A stretch of 64,000 bases of DNA from Clostridiales bacterium (lineage in GTDB: Bacteria; Bacillota; Clostridia; Oscillospirales; CAG-382). How positions within the stretch are numbered: position 1 is the first letter of the stretch; each line of letters opens with the position of its first letter. The notes under the pieces were generated by a model. It was not told the origin of the DNA, did no database searches, and saw nothing but the letters and a program-made list of their open reading frames with translations. The translations under genes were made by a program, and so were the position numbers. Of this stretch, positions 29,603 to 37,922 are shown piece by piece. The stretch spans positions 22,482-86,481 of the forward strand of contig DMMZ01000042.1 of assembly GCA_003452915.1 (NCBI GenBank), read 5' to 3'.

Positions 29603-32140
29603 ATGAAGGCAAAAGCAACTAAGTTTATATCATTTCTATTAATGTTTATTTTTGTTTTTTCTGTTTTAATCGGATGCGAAAACGGAAAAACCGGTGAGGA
29701 AAGCACTAATTCTATTACTGACAACTCAACAGCAATTAAAGAAAAAATCGACAAACTTTATGTAAGTGAATTAAACAGAAACAAAGAGTTGGTTTGCATA
29801 AATACAGGCAATACCTACACAACGACAGGTGACGCTGATGATAACGGAAGTGTAAAGCTGACCGACGGTGTATATGCTGCCGAAGAAAGCACAGACACCG
29901 GCTGGGCAACCTTTAATTATTCTTCTGTGATAGAAATTAACGTTAAGCTTGATGGCGTTACCGAGGGAATCAATTATTTCAGCCTTAATATGCTTCAGGT
30001 CATAAAAAATAGTATTTATTCAGCCGACGAAGTAAAGGTTTTTGCTTCTCTGGACGGTGTAGAATATGTTGAAATCGGATTAATGATAAGAACAATTACT
30101 GAAAGTAATCTTAAACTTTATGAGCTTACTTTATCAGGCGGAATAAAAGCGGCTTACATACGCTATACAGTTAAATCAGAAAAAAGCGGAAAAGCCTATA
30201 TTGATGAGGTTGGTGTTTACGCTTACGGTGAGAAAGATAAGACAAATGAGATGGAACTAATAACTTACGATACAAAATACGATGGTAAGCTGCCAGAAGA
30301 GGTTACTACTCCTGTTTACTGGGATAAGAGTGACGAGGATTATGATACAGTAAAAAATCTGATTCTGGGTAGAACACCTTCAGTTTTCACAATGAATCTT
30401 AGCATAGATTTGGATGTGTCGACTTCACCGGCATCGGATATTTATAAACTGACTGACGGAGAATACACACAAAGTGCCAAGTATACCGATCCAGCACTTT
30501 TTTGGTCTGCTTCAGCAGTTTCGAATACAGACGGCAGGCTGTTTATATTCGATTTGGAGAAGACCTCTGCGATTACCGGATTCCGTACAAATTTCGTTGT
30601 AGCATCATATGCAGGTGTTTCTTTGCCTGACTCGTATGTTGTTTATTCCTCCGAGAACGGTAAAACATGGGATGTAATATACCGCAGGGACGGAATACGC
30701 GGCGAAAATACGCTGAATGATACTATTGTTTCGGTTAAGGACGATTTTGATAAAGCATATCGTGCAAGATTTGTTGCTGTATTTTTTGATGTGGAAGGAC
30801 ACACGCGCTTTGATGAAATTGAAATATATGGTACTAAATCAACAGAACAGGCATCACCTGTTTCCGAAAAAGGAAATACAAAGTTTTTTGGCGGTAAATT
30901 TCCTGTTCCGGAAGATGTTAACGGTATTAAAGATACTTTATTGATGTATCACAGCTATGCAGGCACTCTAGAAACTCCTGGTCAGGTATTGAGCTTTAAT
31001 GAAGAGCAGTGTATGACCTGGTTAGCTTATTATGACCGTGATGGCAATATAAAAGATACATATTTTGATACTTTTATTTTTCTGGGCGGTGGTCAGACTG
31101 TCGAATGGAATAAAGCTGATATGTGGAAGAAATATAATGATAATCTATTTGCTGATAGTGTAAACCTGTCTGCCTTGAATTCCGCAGCAGCTAAGGTTGG
31201 AGAAGCTCTTGGTAAAGATGATTTTAAAGCAAAGGTTATGCTTACATTATTTCTACCAAGCAAAGAATTTACAGAATTCGGCGATATCGACGGTGATGGT
31301 AAAAATGAAGATTTAAGCACGCTCGAAGGCAAGAAAAAGGTGATGGCTTGGCATATAGATGAGTATATAAGCCGCTTTAACGGTGCGAATTACACTAACC
31401 TTGAGCTTGTCGGTTTTTACTGGCATGACGAAGTAATAAGGTATGACGATGTATCACTACCTGCTGCAATACGTTTTTGTGCAGATAAAACGCATGAAAG
31501 CGGAGATTACATTATAATGTCTTGCCCGTATTATCTGGCATCGGGTTATTATGATTGGTATAATCTTGGTTTTGACCTTGCATTTAATCAGCCTGCTTAT
31601 TATTTTTGGAATAATAATGAAACAGCAATACCAAAAACCTCAACAATAGCAAAAGCTCTGGGTTATGGTGTTGAAATGGAGGTCGAAGGTGATGCTGTTA
31701 CCGATATTAATTGTTTGAATAAATATATCGGTTACTTAAAAGGCGGCGTTGATTACGGATACATGAACGCTGTACATATGTATTATTACAGCCAGCCTTA
31801 TTATACTTCCTGCAAATCCACGTCCATACTTGGCAGACAACTATATGAGCTAAATTATCGTTTTGTAAAAGGTACTTTGTCTTTTGAAACGAGCGAAGCC
31901 GTTTATGATGATGTATTTGCTGTTGCTCCAGGGGAGGCCCTTAGTGAAAGATTGGAGTTGGACGGAATAAGCTACAAGCTTTCTTCTTCCACTAAATACG
32001 GAACGTTAAAGTTAGCTAAGGACGGCAGATTTTCATACAAACCTTTTGATGGCTTTACAGGAGAGGACAGCTTCTTTATAGAAGTTATGGTTTCCGGAGC
32101 AGAAACAGTTATCTATGAAATAAAAGTAAATGTAGGGTAA
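29603..32140 (+). CDS. Lipoprotein with two discoidin (F5/8 type C)-like domains, a DUF4855-like domain and a C-terminal Ig-like domain
   Basis: Lipobox VLIGC. Two KLTDG-containing beta-sandwich segments. The central region (LVGFYWHDEVI...MSCPYY...FNQPAYYFW...GVEMEVEG) matches my recollection of DUF4855. The C-terminus (GFTGEDSFFIEV...) is like cadherin/VCBS repeats. Confidence 0.55.
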   Translation: MKAKATKFISFLLMFIFVFSVLIGCENGKTGEESTNSITDNSTAIKEKIDKLYVSELNRNKELVCINTGNTYTTTGDADDNGSVKLTDGVYAAEESTDTGWATFNYSSVIEINVKLDGVTEGINYFSLNMLQVIKNSIYSADEVKVFASLDGVEYVEIGLMIRTITESNLKLYELTLSGGIKAAYIRYTVKSEKSGKAYIDEVGVYAYGEKDKTNEMELITYDTKYDGKLPEEVTTPVYWDKSDEDYDTVKNLILGRTPSVFTMNLSIDLDVSTSPASDIYKLTDGEYTQSAKYTDPALFWSASAVSNTDGRLFIFDLEKTSAITGFRTNFVVASYAGVSLPDSYVVYSSENGKTWDVIYRRDGIRGENTLNDTIVSVKDDFDKAYRARFVAVFFDVEGHTRFDEIEIYGTKSTEQASPVSEKGNTKFFGGKFPVPEDVNGIKDTLLMYHSYAGTLETPGQVLSFNEEQCMTWLAYYDRDGNIKDTYFDTFIFLGGGQTVEWNKADMWKKYNDNLFADSVNLSALNSAAAKVGEALGKDDFKAKVMLTLFLPSKEFTEFGDIDGDGKNEDLSTLEGKKKVMAWHIDEYISRFNGANYTNLELVGFYWHDEVIRYDDVSLPAAIRFCADKTHESGDYIIMSCPYYLASGYYDWYNLGFDLAFNQPAYYFWNNNETAIPKTSTIAKALGYGVEMEVEGDAVTDINCLNKYIGYLKGGVDYGYMNAVHMYYYSQPYYTSCKSTSILGRQLYELNYRFVKGTLSFETSEAVYDDVFAVAPGEALSERLELDGISYKLSSSTKYGTLKLAKDGRFSYKPFDGFTGEDSFFIEVMVSGAETVIYEIKVNVG

Positions 32141-32175
32141 AATGTTTTTGGTATAAATTATTTTATTAATAACTA

Positions 32176-32204
32176 TTGAAAAAGTTTAATAAGTATGGTA
32201 GAAT
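32176..32204 (+). promoter_or_regulatory. Putative sigma-A promoter for tRNA-Leu (TTGAAA-17-TAGAAT)
   Basis: ttgaaa at 32176-32181, a 17-nt spacer, and tagaat at 32199-32204. It lies about 50 nt upstream of the tRNA. Confidence 0.5.
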
Positions 32205-32255
32205 ACTTTCCGTCCTCAAAAAACTGCAGTATGAAAAACATCTGCAGTTTTATAA

Positions 32256-32342
32256 GCCGGTGTGATGGAATTGGCAGACGTGCTGGACTCAAAATCCAGT
32301 GATAGCAATATCGTGCGGGTTCGACCCCCGCCACCGGCACCA
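32256..32342 (+). tRNA. tRNA-Leu (anticodon CAA), class II, CCA encoded
   Basis: Acceptor GCCGGTG / CACCGGC. Anticodon loop CTCAAAA. Long variable arm. T-arm GCGGGTTCGACCCCCGC. Discriminator A followed by CCA. Confidence 0.93.
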
Positions 32343-32606
32343 CGAAACGAACCAGACATTCATACAATGTCTGGTTCTTTCTTTTAATTATTCGATTTCG
32401 GAAACGCTGATAACACAAGGAAAAGCAAGACAGGTGGGTGCAAAACGCCCGTGCTGCCTTGCTTTTTTATATTTTGAAATTATCCTTAAGCGAGTTCCGC
32501 AAAAAGCAATTTGCACCCACCTTGAGCCGTAAACGAGAAAAATTAAATAGTTAAGAGAATAATTAAATAGTATGATTTAGCTTGCCTAAACAGGATTACT
32601 CCGACT
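32343..32606. repeat. Direct repeat copy 1 (264 bp)
   Basis: It aligns base for base with 33901-34164 at a period of 1558 bp. By eye there are about 20 mismatches, clustered at 32392-32408. Both copies are preceded by CA. Confidence 0.9.
32349..32385 (+). terminator. tRNA-Leu terminator (inside repeat copy 1)
   Basis: gaaccagacat / atgtctggttc 11-bp stem followed by tttctttt. An identical hairpin recurs at 33907-33943 in repeat copy 2. Confidence 0.75.
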
Positions 32607-32616
32607 TGATATTAGG

Positions 32617-33582
32617 CTAAATACTCTTTTTTGTAGAGTATTTTGTGTTTTTTCTTTGTCTTACACCGTTCTCATCTGTCTCGACATTGCTGCGCCGTTT
32701 TTTTTCGGCTTGTACCATGTCAAAGATTTCTTTCGGAATAATGGGCGGATTGTTATTCTCCGAAGCGAACTTATCATGCTCACCTTGATTGTTAACGCGC
32801 TTGTCTCTGTAGGTGGGCTTGTACGTTTTATAGATGATCGCTGTGCCGTAGTATTTTGTGTTTTCAAGAATGCACTCAATCGTCCGCTTCGGCCATTGCT
32901 TTCTTCCCTTGGGCGAGAGAATACCATCATATTCGAGAGCAGCTTTAATTTTAACGATACTCATTCCAGTAATGTAAGAATTGAAGATTTTTCGTACAAC
33001 AGCCGCTTCTTCTTCAAATATCACTAGATCACCGTTATCATCCTGACGGTAACCGTAGCACGGTTTATTGTATAGTGCCGAGGTTCCGTCTGCGATTTGT
33101 TTTTCTATACTCCAGCGGACATTCATGCTATGATCCTCAAGTTCATCTTGTGCAATGCTGCTGTATATTGTAAGAAGCTGTTCATCGACACCGTCTGTGT
33201 AATAAATTTGTTCACTCATAAAGCAAATATCGATACCGTTTGCCCGTAGTTTGCGGACAGCTTCAAGCGCTACAATCGTATCTCGGCTGAATCGACTGAG
33301 GCTTTTTACGACCACCAAATCGAGTTTATGAGATACACAATCATAAAGAAGCCGTTGAAATTCATTTCTTTTCAGAGCGTCGGCTCCACTTTCAACATCT
33401 AAATATATGTCCGCGATTTTCCAGTCCGGATGCCTGATGACATACTGTGTTATGCCAGATGCTTGAGAAGAAAAGCTTCGAAGCTGCTTTTTACTGCTTG
33501 AGCTTACTCGGCAGTAGATACCGACCCATTTCCAACCAGGGATTTGAGGCTTTGGGGGGATAACGGTGACTTTTTTATCCAT
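32617..33582 (-). CDS. Serine recombinase (resolvase domain plus recombinase domain), apparently 3'-truncated
   Basis: The N-terminal catalytic domain (VGIYCRVSSS...LVVVKSLSRFSRD) is followed by a recombinase domain (YGYRQDDNG...KIKAALEYDGILSPKGRKQWPKRTIECILENTKYYG). It ends at 321 aa, where large serine recombinases normally continue into a zinc ribbon and coiled coil. The stop lies 11 nt from the repeat edge. Confidence 0.8.
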   Translation of the reverse strand: MDKKVTVIPPKPQIPGWKWVGIYCRVSSSSKKQLRSFSSQASGITQYVIRHPDWKIADIYLDVESGADALKRNEFQRLLYDCVSHKLDLVVVKSLSRFSRDTIVALEAVRKLRANGIDICFMSEQIYYTDGVDEQLLTIYSSIAQDELEDHSMNVRWSIEKQIADGTSALYNKPCYGYRQDDNGDLVIFEEEAAVVRKIFNSYITGMSIVKIKAALEYDGILSPKGRKQWPKRTIECILENTKYYGTAIIYKTYKPTYRDKRVNNQGEHDKFASENNNPPIIPKEIFDMVQAEKKRRSNVETDENGVRQRKNTKYSTKKSI

Positions 33583-33836
33583 AATAACACGCCTTTCTGT
33601 TCAAGAATAGCTTCCATTTCTTTCGATCCGTGGGTTTTACATAAATTTTGGGTTGATCGGTACAATGATTCGATTGCTATTTCCAAGTAACAGATACTCC
33701 ATTTTTTGCTTGAAGAATGACTTTTAATCAATAAAATAGACTAATTACTTTTATTATATCATAGATTTTTTTAGTTACAATAGTTCGGTAAAATATTTTA
33801 AAAAACACTTATTTTTCTAGTGTTATTCCATTTTTT

Positions 33837-33900
33837 CACCCACCTGAACCGCGATGAAGAGAAAAATTTAATTGTGTTAAAAAATAGCCTAAACAAATCA
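33837..33900. repeat. Partial third copy of the repeat's 3' end
   Basis: cacccacctgaaccg...gagaaaaatttaatt...gcctaaacaaatca parallels 32514-32600 and 34072-34158 with an internal deletion. It abuts the 5' end of repeat copy 2. Confidence 0.6.
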
Positions 33901-34164
33901 CGAAACGAACCAGACATTCATACAATGTCTGGTTCTTTCTTTTAATTATTCTATCTAATAAGAGCCGATAACACAAGGAAAAGCAAGACAGGTGGGTGCA
34001 AAACGCCCGTACTGCCTTGCTTTTTTATATTTTGAGATTAACCTTAAGCGAGTTCCGTAAAAAGCAATTTGCACCCACCTTGAGCTGTAAACGAGAAAAA
34101 TTAAATAGTTAAAAGAATAATTAAATAGTATGATTTGGCTTGCCTAAACAGGATTGCTACGACT
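33901..34164. repeat. Direct repeat copy 2 (264 bp)
   Basis: See copy 1. It includes a duplicate of the tRNA terminator hairpin although no tRNA precedes it. Confidence 0.9.
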
Positions 34165-34275
34165 ACAGGTAATATTGCTAGTAATCATTATCTCCTTCCA
34201 TATCATAAAGCCAATAATGATTATATGAGGATAGTAATGAATATACAATATTCAACCATTAATCTTTTATTAATG

Positions 34276-34875
34276 CTAATCCAATAATGTTTGTATACTA
34301 TCGTCTATATATTTTTCATATTCATCAAAGTCTTTACTTTGGGTGTTTACGTCGTCGTAATATTTAACAACTTTAAAAGGTACTCCAAAATCGCTCAGCC
34401 TTCTAGCTTTGGAACCGAGAGCATTATACTCAAGCTTCTGTAACAATAGCCCTAATCCCGGAACATCGTCTATATGCTTATTTTGTAAAACAGAAATTCT
34501 ATATCGATAAAACACATCAAATAGTCCCAAGTATTTTACTAAATGATACTTAAAAACATTGTATACATAATCAGCAACGGTTCGTATAGCAGCATCTTTA
34601 GACATAGGTGAATTGATTTTGTTTGTATAGTAATCCACCATTGACAAAAATCCACCTTGAAGATATGAATGTAACAATACAGTAACTAAAGAATAAATCT
34701 GTCTTTCACCGGTTTTAAGATCAATTACAATTTTGAGTTTTTCTTCTTTAACTATAGGTAGTACAACGTCCATGATAAGTTGAAACCCACGCCAATTTAA
34801 TTCACGAGCATTACTTTTCGCTAATGAAATAGATACATCTTTGATCTTGTCCAGTTGTGAAGTGCTAAGACGCAT
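34276..34875 (-). CDS. Hypothetical protein (orphan, possibly a fragment)
   Basis: The ORF is open from 34974, but that N-terminal extension overlaps the Asd-like fragment in another frame. The first credible ATG is 34875 (MRLSTSQLDKIKD...). I recognise no family. Confidence 0.4.
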   Translation of the reverse strand: MRLSTSQLDKIKDVSISLAKSNARELNWRGFQLIMDVVLPIVKEEKLKIVIDLKTGERQIYSLVTVLLHSYLQGGFLSMVDYYTNKINSPMSKDAAIRTVADYVYNVFKYHLVKYLGLFDVFYRYRISVLQNKHIDDVPGLGLLLQKLEYNALGSKARRLSDFGVPFKVVKYYDDVNTQSKDFDEYEKYIDDSIQTLLD

Positions 34876-35122
34876 TATCCGCCCATTCCAAGCTTGCACC
34901 TTTAGAACCTTCTTTTTCCGCAAAAAATACCAGATCAAGCTTCTTGAATAAATCTTCACTGACTTTTTGTACATTTACAGGTACACCATCGATTATTTCG
35001 TTCCTTTCCCTTGTTGCCATAATTGTTATTGGTCCGTCAACAGGAAATTTTCTTTCATTTAATATCCGAACAAGATGCTCTCCGACCGGACCCACACCTA
35101 AAACTCCAACTTTTAATCCCAT
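34865..35122 (-). pseudogene. N-terminal fragment (85 aa) of an aspartate-semialdehyde-dehydrogenase-like NAD(P)-binding protein
   Basis: MGLKVGVLGVGPVGEHLVRILNERKFPVD...LDLVFFA parallels the Asd N-terminus (compare B. subtilis Asd HVAVVGATGAVGQQMLKTLEDRNFEMD...VDIALFSAGG). It has a GGAGG RBS but stops after the Rossmann half. Confidence 0.5.
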
Positions 35123-35478
35123 TATATAATTCCTCCAAAAAATTAATTTTAATTAAACTGATAAAATTTATCAGTCATCAGCCCATCAAAGCAATATGAA
35201 GATGCATGCAGTATCAAGGCGATCACCCCCTTTCACAAAATAAAAACACCTTACCGAAATGTCGTCGATAAGGTGTAAAAAATATATCTCGTCGGCAGAT
35301 TGCTGACTTAAAACGCTAACTCTGAATGGTAGTGGTGGTGTAGAAGAAGCGTATCATAATACTAGTTCCTTATAATTAAATAATTTAAGCTATATTAACA
35401 TAGCTGTTCAAATATGTCAATATTTATTTTATGCAAAACATATATCATTGAACAATAATAATAAGAAAACCGAGCCAA

Positions 35479-35592
35479 TTATTCAGGCTCGACTTCGATT
35501 TCCTTCCCATTACGAAAAACAAACGTTATACTTCCGTTCTTGTGAATAATGCTTTTCTCTATTGTAATCCTACAAGATAAGTATCTTATTGA
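35479..35592 (-). pseudogene. Orphan 3' gene fragment (37 codons) with its own terminator
   Basis: The frame is open without a start codon: SIRYLSCRITIEKSIIHKNGSITFVFRNGKEIEVEPE*. The hairpin cgagcc/ggctcg (35471-35491) plus gttttcttatt overlaps the stop. The tail resembles C-termini of large serine recombinases, which is a weak recollection. Confidence 0.35.
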
Positions 35593-35650
35593 CTAACCAA
35601 AAACGGTGTGATATACTTTTTAAAATAATTAAGTAGTAGGAAGGTTTTTT

Positions 35651-36259
35651 ATGAAAATACTATTTCAAGGCGACAGTATAACAGATGCATTACGTAATAG
35701 AGCAGATATACACGATTTAGGAAACGGCTACCCAAAATATGCCGCAGAGCTTTTAAAAAAAGAATATCCGAACAAAGAATTTGAATTCATTAACCTCGGT
35801 ATAAGCGGAGATAAGGCAGAAAGCTTAAAGGCTCGCTGGCAGAGTGACTGTGTTGACCTGCAGCCTGATATCGTATCAATTCTGCTTGGTGTAAATGACA
35901 CATGGCATTTTGCAGAAAAAGAAGCTTGGATGCCAAACGAGTATTTTGAGGAATGTTACAGAGATATTCTTACACAGATAAAAACAAAAACGAAAGCTAA
36001 GATAATCATACTTGAGCAGTTTTTGTTATATACCCCAGACAAGGCGTTTTTCAGAGTTGATTTGAATCCAAAGATAGACATTACACGTAAACTTGCACGT
36101 GAGTTTGCTGATATTTTTGTTCCGTTAGACGGTATTTTTGCAGCCGCTTCGATTAAAAAAGAGCCGACCTTCTGGGCAGCTGACGGTGTTCATCCGACTT
36201 TAGACGGAGCAAAGCTGATTGCAGAGCATTATTTACAGGCTATTAAAACATTGTTATGA
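35651..36259 (+). CDS. SGNH/GDSL hydrolase family protein
   Basis: FQGDSITD (block I), GVND, and DGVHPT (block V). Confidence 0.8.
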   Translation: MKILFQGDSITDALRNRADIHDLGNGYPKYAAELLKKEYPNKEFEFINLGISGDKAESLKARWQSDCVDLQPDIVSILLGVNDTWHFAEKEAWMPNEYFEECYRDILTQIKTKTKAKIIILEQFLLYTPDKAFFRVDLNPKIDITRKLAREFADIFVPLDGIFAAASIKKEPTFWAADGVHPTLDGAKLIAEHYLQAIKTLL

Positions 36260-36273
36260 GGGGAAAATGTTCA

Positions 36274-37773
36274 ATGACTATTTTCGGAGCGATTTTGGGA
36301 TTGGCTGAGTATGGTATTAATAAGGGGCTTATAGAAAAGGAAGATGAGGATTACATAATCAATGGATTGCTTTCGCTGTTCGGACTTGACAGTTATGAAA
36401 AACCGATTGAAAATATCGATTGTGAGCTTGATGAAATTCTCGGTTTTATGTGTGATTATGCTGTTAAGGCAAATATCATTCCTGATAACGGAGTTGTCTC
36501 TTGCGACCTTTTTGATGCCGCAATTATGGGGTTGCTTACACCTCGTCCATCCGATGTCATTGCTCAATTTTACAGCCTATGGCAAAAAAATCCGCAGAAA
36601 GCAACCGATTATTTCTATAACCTTTGCAAGGATAACAATTATATAAGAACCACAAGAGTGGCTAAGGATAAAAAATGGGTAACTCCAACGGAATACGGAA
36701 ACCTTGACATAACAATTAATCTTTCAAAGCCCGAAAAAGACCCGAGACAGATCGCTGCAGAGAAAAAAGCACCTCAGAGCGGTTATCCCAAGTGCCTTTT
36801 GTGTATGGAAAACGAGGGTTATGCAGGACGGATTAACCACCCAGCAAGGCAGAATTTGCGTATTATTCCCATGGTTATTGACGGTAAACGCTGGGGCTTG
36901 CAGTATTCACCATATGTTTATTACAACGAGCATTGTATAGCCTTGAATGCCCATCATATACCCATGAAAATCGACCGAAGTACGTTTGTCAAGCTGACCG
37001 ATTTTATTTCTATATTACCACATTATTTTATTGGCTCAAACGCTGACTTGCCGATTGTAGGCGGTTCAATTCTCTCGCACGATCATTTTCAAGGTGGAAG
37101 ATATTCTTTCGCAATGGAAAAAGCTCCAATTGAGATTAACTTAAAATTCAAAGGCTTTGAGGATGTTAAAGCAAGAATTGTAAAATGGCCAATGTCGGTT
37201 ATCCGAGTTTCCTGCACCGATAAAGATAGGCTGATAGACCTCTGCGATAGGATTTTAACAGGCTGGCGTGACTATACAGACAGAGAGAATTATGTTTTTG
37301 CCCAGACTCCGCAAGGTTTACATAATACCATAACACCTATAGCAAGACGCAAGGGTGAATTATACGAAATCGACCTTGTTTTACGCAACAATATAACCAC
37401 TTCCGAGCATCCTCTCGGCTTATATCACCCTCATGCCGATAAGCATCATATTAAAAAAGAGAACATCGGGCTTATCGAGGTTATGGGACTTGCTGTATTG
37501 CCATCAAGACTGTTAAAAGAGTGTGAGATTCTAGCAGATTGTATTTTAAATGGAAAAGATATCCATACAGACGAGAGGGTAGCTTCTCATGCTGACTGGG
37601 TCGATGGCTTCCTTGAAAAATACGATTCCATAACAGAAGAGAACATAGAAGAAATTCTTAGGCAGGAAATCGGACTTGTTTTTTTACAGGTTTTAGAGGA
37701 CGCAGGTGTTTACAAATGCACCCCCGAGGGCAGAGAAGCGTTTTTGAAGTTTATTGATTATGTGAATATGTAA
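36274..37773 (+). CDS. galT: UDP-glucose--hexose-1-phosphate uridylyltransferase (type 2 GalT)
   Basis: About 500-aa Gram-positive GalT with CLLCMENEGYAGRINHPARQNLRIIP and GGSILSHDHFQGG. ATG 36274 has a GAGGGG RBS. The track start at 36256 overlaps the previous stop. Confidence 0.88.
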   Translation: MTIFGAILGLAEYGINKGLIEKEDEDYIINGLLSLFGLDSYEKPIENIDCELDEILGFMCDYAVKANIIPDNGVVSCDLFDAAIMGLLTPRPSDVIAQFYSLWQKNPQKATDYFYNLCKDNNYIRTTRVAKDKKWVTPTEYGNLDITINLSKPEKDPRQIAAEKKAPQSGYPKCLLCMENEGYAGRINHPARQNLRIIPMVIDGKRWGLQYSPYVYYNEHCIALNAHHIPMKIDRSTFVKLTDFISILPHYFIGSNADLPIVGGSILSHDHFQGGRYSFAMEKAPIEINLKFKGFEDVKARIVKWPMSVIRVSCTDKDRLIDLCDRILTGWRDYTDRENYVFAQTPQGLHNTITPIARRKGELYEIDLVLRNNITTSEHPLGLYHPHADKHHIKKENIGLIEVMGLAVLPSRLLKECEILADCILNGKDIHTDERVASHADWVDGFLEKYDSITEENIEEILRQEIGLVFLQVLEDAGVYKCTPEGREAFLKFIDYVNM

Positions 37774-37922
37774 GGGAAATGGCTTGTCACTTTCATATAA
37801 AACCAAGCGTTAATATACCGACTTATAAAAAAGTTGATTAAAAAATTTCATTAACACATTAAACTATTCTCTTTATTAATGCTTATTTTACTTAAAATAT
37901 TTTTAAGGAGCTTTTAACGAAT

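Larger units (their letters stand above)
32343..35592. mobile_element. Decayed integrative-element remnant(s) adjacent to tRNA-Leu
   Basis: It starts exactly after the tRNA CCA. It contains a truncated serine recombinase between 264-bp direct repeats, a partial third repeat, an orphan ORF, a truncated Asd-like gene, and an orphan gene 3' end with its own terminator. Confidence 0.6.

Noticed and set aside
32173-32532. Track ORFs 32173-32418 (minus strand) and 32299-32532 (plus strand).
   Set aside because: They overlap the tRNA-Leu gene and the non-coding direct repeat. The reading frames run through the tRNA and terminator hairpins, so they are spurious.
32343-34164. The possibility that the repeated sequences form a CRISPR array or an IS element with inverted terminal repeats.
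   Set aside because: There are only two and a half copies, each 264 bp long, in direct orientation and 1.3 kb apart. No short regular repeat-spacer periodicity is present, and there is no transposase with terminal inverted repeats.
34876-34974. The N-terminal 33-codon extension of the 34276-34974 ORF.
   Set aside because: It overlaps the Asd-like fragment in a different frame and has no RBS. The internal ATG at 34875 is the only plausible start, if the ORF is real at all.
35123-35350. A lysine (L-box), SAM or T-box riboswitch upstream of the Asd-like fragment.
   Set aside because: The minus-strand leader contains a good terminator hairpin (acacctta...taaggtgt plus T-run, around 35236-35275) and a second hairpin (35148-35166). 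I could not find the L-box AGAGGCGC core, the T-box GGUGGUACCGCG sequence or SAM-I blocks. It remains unclassified.
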